51,146 nucleotides of DNA from NCBI GenBank assembly GCA_002726235.1, contig PBSN01000008.1, forward strand, positions 510,635 to 561,780, given 5' to 3'. The translations under genes and the position numbers were made by a program. Each line of letters starts with the position of its first letter. The first letter of the stretch is position 1. Shown here piece by piece: positions 1 through 10,546 of the stretch. The stretch is from Nitrospiraceae bacterium (GTDB lineage Bacteria > Nitrospirota > Nitrospiria > Nitrospirales > UBA2166). The notes below the pieces were generated by a model. The model was not told where the DNA came from and ran no database searches. It saw only the letters and a list, made by a program, of their open reading frames with translations.

Positions 1-328
1 CGACGCATAAACAGGTACTCACGATTAGAGGCGAGCGAAAAACCAAAGACCACGACCCCAATACCTATACGATACATCTCCAAAATATCGTTCCTGGAAC
101 CTTCTCTCGCTCTCTACGGCTTCCTGAGTACATCAATACAGATTCAGGATCCGCACAGTACGAACAGGGGATCCTCAGGCTGGCATTTCAAAAAAAAGAA
201 GACGTCAGGCCAAAACCGATTGCCATTACATCCAATCGCAACCCGGCCTAAGTCTCACGGAGCGTGATCTGAGCCTTCCCTTTGTCAGACCACGCTCCGT
301 GAATAACAAGCGTACCTCACTCTACGGC

Positions 329-3300
329 TCAACGTTGCCCGCTTCCAGCATCATCCTCGTTAACTCCGGGTAAAGTGAGTCCCAACACATTTGCTAATAT
401 GCCCTTCACATCTTCAAGCACCAAATACAAGGAGGGAACAAGTACCAGAGAAATAATAGTTGAGAAGATCACTCCGAATCCCAAGGTTGCGGCCATGGGA
501 ATAAGAAACTGTGCTTGCACGCTCTTTTCCAGCAGCATCGGTAGCAATCCAACAAAGGTGGTCAGCGAAGTCAACAAGATGGGTCGAAATCTAGCAACCC
601 CAGCTTGATGGACAGCATCAAATATCGACCGCCCAGCCGCTCGAGTTCGATTGACAAAGTCGACTAAAACTAAGTTATCATTCACAACAACACCCGCCAG
701 TGCCACCATGCCTACCATTGACAAGATACTTAATGCCATGCCAATGACAAGGTGGCCCATTACGGCACCCACAATTCCAAACGGAACAGCAGAAATGATA
801 ATTAGCGGTTGCACATACGATCGTAGTGGGATTGCCATCAATGCGAAGATCCCAATTACTGCAAAGATAAAGCCGCGGCCCAAGGCCTCGAGCGACTCTT
901 CTTGCTCACGTTGCTGGCCCTCGAAGGAATACCGCAATCCACGGTGCTCAGCCAGAAGCTCGGGTAACCAGCTATCCACTAATTCGGATACAATGGCACC
1001 GGTATCGGTTGTGGCAGTATCAACATCAGCGGTAACGTTAACCACTCGCAAACGATCGACACGATTTATGGTTGCTGGACCTCGACCAATATCAGCACTT
1101 GCAACCAAATGAAATGGCACTTCATCCCCCTCAGGCGTTCGAATCTTCATCTTCTCCAAATCACCCAATGACCGACGGTGACCTGCAGGATATCTCACCA
1201 TGACCCGAACATCATCACGACCCCGCTGAATCCTCTGCGCTTCTTCTCCATAGAATCCTTGTCGAACCTGCCGCCCAAGATCAGAAAGGGTAAGTCCAAG
1301 CGTTTCTGCGGCCGGAGTAATCGCGAGTTTGATTTCCTGTGCCCCTTCACGAAACGAGTCTGTCACTTCATACACACCCTCATAGGTTTTTAGCCTGGCT
1401 TTGAGCGTATTCGCTGCACGTCGAAGCTCTTCAGTATTTGGCCCCGCAAGTTGAACATTGATATCTTCACCAGGATCAAATAATGACGAGGTAAAGGTCA
1501 AATCCACTGCATCAGGAATGGGTCCAGTCAACGCTCTCCACCGATTGACAATTTCTTGACTACTCATGGTGCGTTCTTCCGATGGCACCAGCTCAATAGT
1601 AACCTCACCCAAATTCGAGCCGGAAAACACTTCTGCTCGTCCCATATTCATCCGTTGCGTTGTCCGATACGGTTGCTCACCAATCGCTCCCATAATGTGA
1701 CGAAAGACCTCACGTTGATCATCATCGCGCCCCCCCTCAACTACTTCGCGTAAAGCGAGAGCACTCCGCTCTAACTGCGCAACGGCCTTTGCCGTCACAT
1801 CCGCCGGCGTTCCTTGCGGCATAGTCAACATGGCAACGGCATAATCTGCCTCCACGTTCGGCATGAACACAAACTTGACCCATCCACCAAACACTAACCC
1901 AAGGATGAGAAAGAACACTGCAACAAATGTCGATACAGTGACATACCGCCAATGCAAAGCCCAAACCAATCCAGGACGATAGATATGCTCAATGACCCAA
2001 TCCAAGCCTTCCTCAAATGCACGCTGAAACCGGATCAGGCCTATCAACCTTATGCGCTGATTCTCTTTGGTAACACGAGCTACCATCCAACGACGAGAAA
2101 GATGTGCCGGCAGCACCAGTTGGGACTCGATCAGCGAAAATATGAGCGTTGGAATCACGACGAGCGGAATAATCTTCCAGATTTTCCCTGTAGCCCCTGC
2201 AACCATGAGCAAAGGGATAAACGCAACAATAGTGGTCAGGACAGCGAAGACGACCGGAACGGCGACTTCGTGCGTTCCGTCGATGGCCGCCTGGAGCCAT
2301 GGCTTACCACGTTGCTGGTGAGTATAAATATTTTCACCCACGATAATGGCATCGTCAACGACAATCCCAAGCACCAAAATAAATGAAAATAACGAAATCA
2401 TATTGATGGATGAACCTAGGATAGGCATCAGCCAGAGAGCACCAAGAAATGATGCAGGAATCCCCAGACTGACCCAAAAGGCTAGCCGCAATCTGAGAAA
2501 CAACACCAGCACCAAAAAGACGAGCGCAAGTCCCATCGCGCCATTCCGAAGCAGCAGGTTCAATCGACTTTCAAAATAGGTTGAGAAGTCCCCCCACGTT
2601 GTTAGCGTGATACCATCAGGCATGTGAGGCTGTACCCTCTCGACATAATCACGCACCGTTTGAGCCACATCGAGAACATTCTGATCCCCTACACGAAACA
2701 CTTGAATTAGTACAGCAGGTATTCCATCAAAACGAGCGGATTGATCTGTTTCGGCAAACTTATCTACCACATGTGCGACATCTCCAAGAAAAAGCCGTGT
2801 CCCATCGGGTTTTGTCCGCAACACCACTTGCTCAAACTCTTCTCCACGATACGCCTGTCCTTTGGTACGAAGAAGAATCTCTCCTCCTTCTGTTTTGATT
2901 GATCCTCCGGGAAGATCAATCGACGATAGACGCACTGCCCGAACTACCTCATCAAAAACAATCTCATATCTTCGCAAGGTGTCTTCGGATACCTCGATAG
3001 AAATTTCATCCGGGCGAACGCTAACCAAGTCCACTTGCGTCAACTCTGGCAATGCGCTCAGTTCATCACGTACCTGCTCACCCAGCCGTTTCAGCACAGC
3101 TTCATCAGCATCGCCGGCAATGGCAACGTTAATCACTTGCTGTCGCATGAGAAGCTGTTGGATGACCGGCTTTTCAGTTTCTTCTGGGAAGGTGTCAATG
3201 GCATCAACACGCGTTTTAATATCGTCAAGGAGTTTACGATCGTCAGTTCCAGGGACAAGTTGTACAGTGACCACACCTACGCCTTCATTGGCTGCACATA

Positions 3301-3544
3301 CAAGCCGCTTAATGCCATCCAGATCATAGATCTCCTCCTCAATCCGAATGCAGATCGATTCCTCAACCTCCTCCGGAGCAGCCCCCAAGTACTCAACACT
3401 CACCGTGATCATGTCGGTGGCAAAATCAGGAAAGATTTCCTTTTTGAGAATGGGTATAGATAGAAGGCCCCCTGCCATAATCACAACCAGCAGGATATTT
3501 GCGGCTACTCGATTCTGTGCCCACCAAGCTATGAGGGTTTTCAT
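329..3544 (-). CDS. RND efflux transporter permease (AcrB/AcrD/AcrF family)
   Basis: 1071 aa; two repeats of a large periplasmic loop plus TM bundle; TM4 GIVVDDAIIVGEN and C-terminal RFRPILLTSLTT motifs. Confidence 0.95.
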   Translation of the reverse strand: MKTLIAWWAQNRVAANILLVVIMAGGLLSIPILKKEIFPDFATDMITVSVEYLGAAPEEVEESICIRIEEEIYDLDGIKRLVCAANEGVGVVTVQLVPGTDDRKLLDDIKTRVDAIDTFPEETEKPVIQQLLMRQQVINVAIAGDADEAVLKRLGEQVRDELSALPELTQVDLVSVRPDEISIEVSEDTLRRYEIVFDEVVRAVRLSSIDLPGGSIKTEGGEILLRTKGQAYRGEEFEQVVLRTKPDGTRLFLGDVAHVVDKFAETDQSARFDGIPAVLIQVFRVGDQNVLDVAQTVRDYVERVQPHMPDGITLTTWGDFSTYFESRLNLLLRNGAMGLALVFLVLVLFLRLRLAFWVSLGIPASFLGALWLMPILGSSINMISLFSFILVLGIVVDDAIIVGENIYTHQQRGKPWLQAAIDGTHEVAVPVVFAVLTTIVAFIPLLMVAGATGKIWKIIPLVVIPTLIFSLIESQLVLPAHLSRRWMVARVTKENQRIRLIGLIRFQRAFEEGLDWVIEHIYRPGLVWALHWRYVTVSTFVAVFFLILGLVFGGWVKFVFMPNVEADYAVAMLTMPQGTPADVTAKAVAQLERSALALREVVEGGRDDDQREVFRHIMGAIGEQPYRTTQRMNMGRAEVFSGSNLGEVTIELVPSEERTMSSQEIVNRWRALTGPIPDAVDLTFTSSLFDPGEDINVQLAGPNTEELRRAANTLKARLKTYEGVYEVTDSFREGAQEIKLAITPAAETLGLTLSDLGRQVRQGFYGEEAQRIQRGRDDVRVMVRYPAGHRRSLGDLEKMKIRTPEGDEVPFHLVASADIGRGPATINRVDRLRVVNVTADVDTATTDTGAIVSELVDSWLPELLAEHRGLRYSFEGQQREQEESLEALGRGFIFAVIGIFALMAIPLRSYVQPLIIISAVPFGIVGAVMGHLVIGMALSILSMVGMVALAGVVVNDNLVLVDFVNRTRAAGRSIFDAVHQAGVARFRPILLTSLTTFVGLLPMLLEKSVQAQFLIPMAATLGFGVIFSTIISLVLVPSLYLVLEDVKGILANVLGLTLPGVNEDDAGSGQR

Positions 3545-3595
3545 TGAGGGTAATCAGGACTTGATATTCGGTGGGTAGCGTGCAGGAGTTGCATT

Positions 3596-4816
3596 CTAGG
3601 TTTTCTCACCCAGTTGCGTGGGAAGGCTTGGGGCAGGGATTTCCGGTTCCTCTCTTTTCATCATCCGAACTTTCATGCCATCCACAACCACGTCAAGTGC
3701 AGATACGTTGACCCGCTCACCTGCACTCAGACCGTTCTGGACAACGATCTGTTCACGATCGGCACGAAGAATCTCCACAGTGCGAAACCGCAGACGTTGC
3801 TCGTCATCAGCAATTAAAACCTGATTGTGCCCTCTCATTGCCGCACGCGGGAGTACCACAACATTCTCAACAACTTTGCCCAGAATCTCGGCTTCGACAA
3901 ACATTCCAACAGCAAGCGGCGGACGATCCTGATCTGCTCCACGCCTGTATGGATCGTCGACTCGAAGAACCGCATAGACAACGCGTGTTTTACGATCAAT
4001 CTCACCTTCGGTGCGAACGATGCGTCCACTCCATTCATGACCTTTGCCGGCAAAGGTCGTCCGCAAACGAACGATTGGAAGAGACTGAGATTTAACATTT
4101 CCCCCTTGATAACGTAGCGGCAAATCCAGATACGCAAGTTCATTGTCCGGAATAGGCAAGCGAATTTCCACAGCATCAACAGCGTAGATGGTCGCAATGG
4201 AAACTCCAGGCATAACATACTGACCAAGATCAACCTGTTTATCACGAACACGTCCTGCAAAAGGGGCACGAATTTTTGTTCGAGTAAGATTGTAGGCCGC
4301 TTGTTCAATCATTGCTTTCGCCGAAGCAAGCCCGGCCTTCGCCTCCGCAACTTGCAGAGAGCGACTCGTGAGTGGCGATGGCTCTCCTCTGCCCAAAGCT
4401 CTCCATTCACGACGCGCAACGCGTGCCTCTGCAAATTCTCGCGCGAGTTTATGTTCGGCTTGTGCAAACTCAGCGCGCGTCCGTGCAAGCGCGAGCTCAT
4501 AATCGCGAGGATCAATACGGAGCAATATATCTCCAGTATCGAAAAACCCTCCATTCACCAACGATGGCGAGATTGCAACCACCCGACCTGCCACTTCTGG
4601 AACCAATGCCGTCTCCGTCCTCGGCATCACCGTACCCTGACTTGAAACCCGTAATTGAATGGTCTGCGGCCTCACTTCCACAACCCGTACGAGCGGCAAG
4701 CGAATCTCAGGTGGGCGAGTTTCAACTTCCTGACGTGCGGCAATCAACACCCACGCACCAATCACCCCCCCCGCAAGCACCACGAAGGGAAGAACGATCG
4801 GAAACCATCGCTTCAC
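3596..4816 (-). CDS. RND efflux periplasmic adaptor (membrane fusion protein)
   Basis: N-terminal TM anchor, lipoyl half-motifs (PEVAGRV...; IRAPFAGRV), helical hairpin; lies between the OMF and RND genes. Confidence 0.93.
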   Translation of the reverse strand: MKRWFPIVLPFVVLAGGVIGAWVLIAARQEVETRPPEIRLPLVRVVEVRPQTIQLRVSSQGTVMPRTETALVPEVAGRVVAISPSLVNGGFFDTGDILLRIDPRDYELALARTRAEFAQAEHKLAREFAEARVARREWRALGRGEPSPLTSRSLQVAEAKAGLASAKAMIEQAAYNLTRTKIRAPFAGRVRDKQVDLGQYVMPGVSIATIYAVDAVEIRLPIPDNELAYLDLPLRYQGGNVKSQSLPIVRLRTTFAGKGHEWSGRIVRTEGEIDRKTRVVYAVLRVDDPYRRGADQDRPPLAVGMFVEAEILGKVVENVVVLPRAAMRGHNQVLIADDEQRLRFRTVEILRADREQIVVQNGLSAGERVNVSALDVVVDGMKVRMMKREEPEIPAPSLPTQLGEKT

Positions 4817-6330
4817 GAAGATGTCGCTGCCTCTTCATGCTCATAGACAATATCTCCGCCCAACGCCAAATGAAGGTTGACGCGGACATCGAGCCTCAAA
4901 CGTCGCACCACAATACGCTGACTTTCCGCATTCAATTCTCGTTGCTGTGCATCGAGAACAGTGGCGAATGTTTCTAATCCCGATCGATACCGATCCTGTG
5001 CAAGCATGTGTGCCGCAATGGCCTGGTCTGCTGCCATGCGAAGTGCCTTCTCCCTTTTGGCCAGCAATGTTTCAGCCATTAAGGCAGATTCCACCTCACC
5101 AAATGCCTGAAGCGCAACGCTAGTGTAATTTTCCAATGCTTCACGTGCTACCGCCTCTGTCCGAGCAACTTCGGCGCGAAGTCTCCCCCCTTCAAAGACT
5201 GGTTGGAGTAAATTGCCTGCAAAGCTCCACACAAGAAAGTCGCCATCTACTAAATCATTTAACTGATCACCAAGGGTTCCAGTACCTGTTGTAAGGCTGA
5301 TCCGCGGGTACAACGCTGCACGTGCCTGCGTGATGCGCGCGTCAGCTGCTGCAAGTTGTCGCTCTGCAGCGGCGAGATCAGGACGTCGCGAGATCACATC
5401 GGCTGGAACACCAGCAGGCGTGATTGGCGCAATATCCGGCAATCTGTCCGCACCTGCAATGATCCCATCAGGATAGCGGCCTAGCAGGATTTCGAGTTGC
5501 CGAACAACACGTTCATACTGTTCTTGCCGTTCCTGATACAACGCCTCGGCAGTCCCCACATTAGACAGAGCGAGACGAAGATCCAGAGATGGTCGAAGAC
5601 CACGATCAAAACGACTTCGCACTTGATCCGCTGTGAGTTGATAATTTTCCAAGCTTTTTTGAGCCAATGTTGTCTGTTGTTTTGCCTCCGCCGCCGCAAA
5701 CCACGCTTTCGCTGTCTGCCCCGCAAGCGAAAGACGTGCAGCTGCAAAATCAGCTTGCGCTACCTCCATATCCGCATACGCCGCAGACGTCTGTGCACGA
5801 ACACGACCCCACACATCCAACTCCCAGGTTGTATCCAGCGATACACCAAACATGTTGTACTTTGTACTGAGCACATTGTCCTCGAAGCCTGGAATTGGCA
5901 GACCAACAAAATTTTGCCGTTGTCGCGATCCATCGAACCCTGCACTGACACGAGGTAAAAGATCGGCACCAACAATACGTGCTGAAGAGGCGGCAGCACT
6001 GAGTCGAGCCTCTGCCGCTTTTAGATCATGGTTGTGCTCGATGGCTTCCATGACAATCGCCTCGAGTTCCGGATCGTTGAAACTTCTAACCCAACCGCCC
6101 TCTACTTCAATCGCAGTGGTAAAAGCACTTGTCCACTGCTCTGGAACAGTGAGTTCGAGGCCGGGATGAGAGACGAGTGGTGCACTCGAGCAGCCGAGCA
6201 AAGAAGCAATGATGCTCACAACACATGCCCCAACCACACGTAGCACAACAGATGCTTGACCACTGATCATAATAGGTCCTGCGGAAGAGCCGATGGAATC
6301 CCCACGCACTACACCTCCCTGCGCATCCAA
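4813..6330 (-). CDS. Outer membrane efflux factor lipoprotein (TolC/NodT family); true start probably downstream of 6330
   Basis: Lipobox LLGC; WELDVWGR, RRPDLAAAE, YPRISL and LHLALGG motifs; 4-bp overlap with the MFP gene. Confidence 0.93.
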   Translation of the reverse strand: MDAQGGVVRGDSIGSSAGPIMISGQASVVLRVVGACVVSIIASLLGCSSAPLVSHPGLELTVPEQWTSAFTTAIEVEGGWVRSFNDPELEAIVMEAIEHNHDLKAAEARLSAAASSARIVGADLLPRVSAGFDGSRQRQNFVGLPIPGFEDNVLSTKYNMFGVSLDTTWELDVWGRVRAQTSAAYADMEVAQADFAAARLSLAGQTAKAWFAAAEAKQQTTLAQKSLENYQLTADQVRSRFDRGLRPSLDLRLALSNVGTAEALYQERQEQYERVVRQLEILLGRYPDGIIAGADRLPDIAPITPAGVPADVISRRPDLAAAERQLAAADARITQARAALYPRISLTTGTGTLGDQLNDLVDGDFLVWSFAGNLLQPVFEGGRLRAEVARTEAVAREALENYTSVALQAFGEVESALMAETLLAKREKALRMAADQAIAAHMLAQDRYRSGLETFATVLDAQQRELNAESQRIVVRRLRLDVRVNLHLALGGDIVYEHEEAATSS

Positions 6331-6601
6331 ATCTCAACGTAGAACGCCTTTTCGATTATACGTAGCTTCCACGGCAAATACCAAATTACGTGAGCAATGT
6401 GTGGACGCCTCGCAAGCAACGCATTCCATTACTTTACAGATATCTCTGATTATCTTTATCATCGATGTTATCATTCGCCATGCATAGCCGTTTGATATTT
6501 CACAGGTCGCGAAGCTGTTAGTGACCCACATTCAGCAGTTGCAGTAAATTGGTGACGATTCCCAAGCGAATATATAGATCAATGCAACACACGACGTACA
6601 T

Positions 6602-6955
6602 ATGAGTCACTCGGGTATCGACATGAGCAAATTCAAAGCAAAATTACTCGCCCTTCGTGATGAACTGGCTTCAATCGAACAGTCTGAAAGTGAAGCAAGC
6701 CATCCAGTAGAGCTTGATCAATCGCGGGTGGGTCGATTATCACGCATGGACGCGTTACAAGTACAAGCCATGTCAGTTGAAGCCTCCCGCCGAAAGAAAA
6801 TCAAGCGTCAGCGTGTCGAAGCTGCGCTCACACGTATTACGAACAATGAATTTGGCCTATGCCTTGAATGTGGAGAGGAAATCCAGCCGCAACGCCTTGA
6901 CTTTGATCCAACATTTTTTTTGTGTATTGACTGTGCTAAGGCGAGGGAAAAATAA
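6602..6955 (+). CDS. TraR/DksA C4-type zinc finger protein
   Basis: Coiled coil with GRLSRMDA tip; FGLCLECGEEI...RL...CIDCA zinc finger. Confidence 0.9.
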   Translation: MSHSGIDMSKFKAKLLALRDELASIEQSESEASHPVELDQSRVGRLSRMDALQVQAMSVEASRRKKIKRQRVEAALTRITNNEFGLCLECGEEIQPQRLDFDPTFFLCIDCAKAREK

Positions 6956-7211
6956 CCGAACAGACTGTTGAACCAAATATGACCAATCAAACACAGGAGC
7001 ACTAGACACATTCCCACGTAGCGGTTGCACCTAAAGCAAAGGTAATCCCCAGCCTGACGGCATACAGAGAGTACTTGATAAACCCAACCATTACTCGTAG
7101 TATTTTTGTAAAAAGGTGTCAGCAAATAGAAGATTACACACCAACATCAGTTTCTGCTCATCACAACTCAAACTAACCCATTCATGAAGTGTCTTCTAAG
7201 GAGGAAATTCC

Positions 7212-7316
7212 ATGGGCAAAAGCATGGATACAAAGAAGGAAAACAAGAAGAAACCCGCTAAGAGCGTAAAGGAAAAGCGGGAAGCAAAAAAGGCAAAGAA
7301 AGAGGGGAAACGCTAG
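7212..7316 (+). CDS. 34-aa lysine-rich small protein MGKSMDTKKENKKKPAKSVKEKREAKKAKKEGKR (below ORF-track cutoff)
   Basis: Strong SD TAAGGAGG just upstream of ATG 7212; open frame to TAG 7314-7316. Confidence 0.7.
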   Translation: MGKSMDTKKENKKKPAKSVKEKREAKKAKKEGKR

Positions 7317-7375
7317 CACGTTCCCAACACCGTACAAGCAATAAAAGCATTTGTGTCGTCCACAAATAAATACCA

Positions 7376-7819
7376 ATGGACTTGCTTCGAGAATATGACC
7401 GACGAAGGGTCATTGAGTATGACCTTCCACATAAGTGGCGCGTCGTTGTCGGAAAAACTGCCGGAGACAATGACTGGCTGAGCATCAAGGTCGCTCAACC
7501 ACGAGATTGGTGGTTTCATGTGCGAAGTCTACCCGGCAGCCACACTCTTCTTCTTGCTCGTGATAATGTTGACCCAGATCGCGATACTCTTCATCTTGCC
7601 GCAAGACTCGCGGCATATCACAGCAAAGCACGGTCAGCAGGTGTTGTCCCCGTCTCGTATACGCGAGCAGCATACGTAACGAAACCAAAAGGAGCAAAAG
7701 CTGGAACTGTCCGGATTCGAAAAGAAAACGTACTCAAGGTTCGCCCAACGACACCAGATGAGGCCAAAACGATGAATACACACTACACGGGGACACTCAA
7801 GGCGACGGAAACAACTTAG
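7376..7819 (+). CDS. Stand-alone NFACT RNA-binding domain (DUF814) protein
   Basis: VGKTAGDNDWLS, DWWFHVRSLPGSH, AARLAAYHSKAR, VSYT...VTKPKGAKAGTV motifs. Confidence 0.9.
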   Translation: MDLLREYDRRRVIEYDLPHKWRVVVGKTAGDNDWLSIKVAQPRDWWFHVRSLPGSHTLLLARDNVDPDRDTLHLAARLAAYHSKARSAGVVPVSYTRAAYVTKPKGAKAGTVRIRKENVLKVRPTTPDEAKTMNTHYTGTLKATETT

Positions 7820-7848
7820 CAAAATGCCCCCACTAGGAACCACTCAAG

Positions 7849-9303
7849 GTGCAATCAAGGCTTGGACTATCAGTAATGCTTAACATTGACGACCATACCC
7901 TACTGAAAGCATGCAATAAAATATGCCGCCTTGTTCACCAGGCTACTGGGCGAGCCCTTCTTGTAGGTGGATGTGTTCGCGATGGTTTCCTCGGACGTCC
8001 AACTAAAGAAATTGATATTGAAGTGTATAGGATCGATGCCACAACATTAGAAACTATCCTGTCACGTCATTTCACCATCAAGCTAGTTGGCCAAGCATTC
8101 GGCGTGATGAAGATTCTGGACCTTCCCATCGATGTAACTCTCCCTCGTAGAGAGTCAAAGAGTGGTCGTGGTCATCGTGGTTTCACCATTGACTCAGACC
8201 CACAGATGACCCCAGAGACCGCTGCATCGCGTCGAGATTTTACAGTCAACGCCATCGCCCTTGACCCTATTACCGGTGACGTCATTGACCCCTACAACGG
8301 CCGAAACGATCTTGACCGTAAGATTCTCAGACATGTTTCCGCAGAACACTTTGGTGAGGACCCACTTCGAGTCCTTCGTGGGATGCAGTTCGCAGCTCGA
8401 TTCGATTTCGAGGTTGCACCAGAGACGGTAGAGATCTGTCGCACCTTAGAACTTGAAGGCTTGTCCGCCGAACGGATTTTCGATGAGTGGAAAAAGATGA
8501 TCCTTCATGGTGTTCGCCCTTCACGGGGACTCACCTTTCTTCGGGATAGCCAGTGGATACGTTATTTCCCTGAACTTTTCGCGCTCATTGACTGTCCACA
8601 GGATCCGAATTGGCATCCCGAGGGCGATGTATGGACCCATACCCTACACTGCCTGGACGCCTTTGCAGAGCGGCGTGTAAATGACGCGCGTGAGGATTTG
8701 GTCGTGGGCTTAGCTGTGCTCTGTCACGACCTTGGGAAACCCGAAACCACAACGGTAGAGAATGGCAGAATTACGTCGAAAGAACACTCAGCCGTTGGAG
8801 AGAAGCTCACACGAACCTTCCTTTCCCGCATGACAAATGAAACCGCATTAATCGACGACGTTCTTCCCCTCGTCGGCACCCATCTTGCGCCCATGCAGCT
8901 TTTTAAGGCTGAAGCAAGCGACGCAGCAATACGACGCCTCGCACGTCGAGTCGGTCGTATTGACAGATTGGTGAGAGTCGCGCATGCCGATATGCTTGGC
9001 CGTCCGCCATTGCAAGTCGACACATTTGATGCCGGAGACTGGCTCACCGAACGAGCCCGCAGGCTTGAAATCGAAGCCGCTGCTCCAAAGCCCATTATTA
9101 TGGGACGACACTTGATTCAGCTCGGACTTGAACCTGGAACCCACTTTGGCCCCATCATTGAAGCCTGCTTCAACGCGCAAATCGAAGGCGAGTTCAAAAC
9201 CTTACAAGATGGAATTGAGTATGCAGGTCGCGAAATTCTGCATTCCCAATCTCTCCATAAGCTCGCAAAAGCATCTCCTCCATACACCGATTGCTCGTCA
9301 TAA
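7849..9303 (+). CDS. cca: CCA-adding tRNA nucleotidyltransferase with HD domain (start may be 7876)
   Basis: VGGCVRD, RRDFTVNA, EDPLRVLR motifs; loop RRESKSGRGHRGF; HPEGDVWTH...HDLGK HD domain. Confidence 0.85.
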   Translation: MQSRLGLSVMLNIDDHTLLKACNKICRLVHQATGRALLVGGCVRDGFLGRPTKEIDIEVYRIDATTLETILSRHFTIKLVGQAFGVMKILDLPIDVTLPRRESKSGRGHRGFTIDSDPQMTPETAASRRDFTVNAIALDPITGDVIDPYNGRNDLDRKILRHVSAEHFGEDPLRVLRGMQFAARFDFEVAPETVEICRTLELEGLSAERIFDEWKKMILHGVRPSRGLTFLRDSQWIRYFPELFALIDCPQDPNWHPEGDVWTHTLHCLDAFAERRVNDAREDLVVGLAVLCHDLGKPETTTVENGRITSKEHSAVGEKLTRTFLSRMTNETALIDDVLPLVGTHLAPMQLFKAEASDAAIRRLARRVGRIDRLVRVAHADMLGRPPLQVDTFDAGDWLTERARRLEIEAAAPKPIIMGRHLIQLGLEPGTHFGPIIEACFNAQIEGEFKTLQDGIEYAGREILHSQSLHKLAKASPPYTDCSS

Positions 9304-9539
9304 AAGTTTGTCGCAACAATTTTTGTAGCTCACATTACCTCGCTACACCGCGACAGGGTGATCTGTGAGCATGAAGGCTTCTGATCTAATGACTCTTATG
9401 GACAGACAATAAAACGCAACGATAACAATACTCACGCTAACTCCAATTGTACACATTATCGGCGAACATACGGTCATCATCCAGAACAGTCACTATGCAC
9501 ATAAATCTTCGATATGCCTTCACCACAATCCTTCCAGCC

Positions 9540-10379
9540 CTATTCCCGTATACGCATCTGGTATTTCGAGGTGGTTTCGAAGTTTGGAACACGTATCGTC
9601 ACCAGTGCTCTGGCAACTAACTCATTATTTTCAACATACATACCTGCCACGTTATCGGGAAGAAAAAATAAAATGCGTTGCAACAATCCGATAATCCCCT
9701 GCTGGCGAGCCGCAAGGCCTTCGATATTCTCAAAGCCGATACGGCTATCTGACACATAGAAATCCATAGAGGTTAGATACCCATTGCGTTCGACTCCATT
9801 GTCAATGGACCGAACAATTTCGCCATATCCAATTTTGAGATCGACAGGGAGAATCTCCTTGCGAAAATGGTGAATGTATTGCTTGCGATAAATAAGATTT
9901 AGTCGCATGAACTTCGTCGGATCTGCTGGATCATACCGGGGAAGCCAAGCAAACGATCCGAGCTCACGTAAGGGAAGAGCCAAACCTAGATCAATGTTTA
10001 ATAACTCAATTGCAGCGTTAAGTGGATCTCCAGACGAGCACATCGCAAGGCCTTCAGCATGCAACACCTTCGACATCAGCGCGAGCCATCGCATAGCAGT
10101 TAACTCATCGCTTACAGCAGCATAAAGAAACGCCTCAATGACTCCCTGCGGTGGCGCAATATATGCTTCTGCGGGACACCACCAACGATCGGCTTCGAGA
10201 ACCGCCCCTCCCGTAAACGCACCAAGATCAATTGACGAGAAAAACTGATGCACATTGGGATAACGATTCGCATCGATCTGCTCAGCAGGTTGTCCTGCCT
10301 TTACTATTCCCATATGAGCCAACAAGATATGAGATACAACCACACATACAATCAGAAGTCTGAAATGGCATTTTCGCAT
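9540..10379 (-). CDS. Hypothetical secreted protein
   Basis: 279-aa ORF with signal-peptide-like N-terminus; no motif recognised. Confidence 0.7.
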   Translation of the reverse strand: MRKCHFRLLIVCVVVSHILLAHMGIVKAGQPAEQIDANRYPNVHQFFSSIDLGAFTGGAVLEADRWWCPAEAYIAPPQGVIEAFLYAAVSDELTAMRWLALMSKVLHAEGLAMCSSGDPLNAAIELLNIDLGLALPLRELGSFAWLPRYDPADPTKFMRLNLIYRKQYIHHFRKEILPVDLKIGYGEIVRSIDNGVERNGYLTSMDFYVSDSRIGFENIEGLAARQQGIIGLLQRILFFLPDNVAGMYVENNELVARALVTIRVPNFETTSKYQMRIRE

Positions 10380-10546
10380 TGGATTCCTCGTTCACTAACC
10401 CAATACATAAGCTACACGCCTAAACAAAAAACGTGCCCATATGACCGCCGCCAGCACACATCAATCAAAGGTAGGTGGCCGCATTTGACAGTAAGTGCAA
10501 AGAGATTTCTTGTTTGATGCCGGCACTGACTCTCGCTATTCCAAAA

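Noticed and set aside
1..328. Possible gene start on the minus strand near 77 and short inverted repeats
   Set aside because: Too little sequence; no recognisable product or consistent structure
375..6243. Many antisense ORFs within the RND operon (and similar ones across the window)
   Set aside because: Shadow frames of well-supported genes, without motifs or start signals
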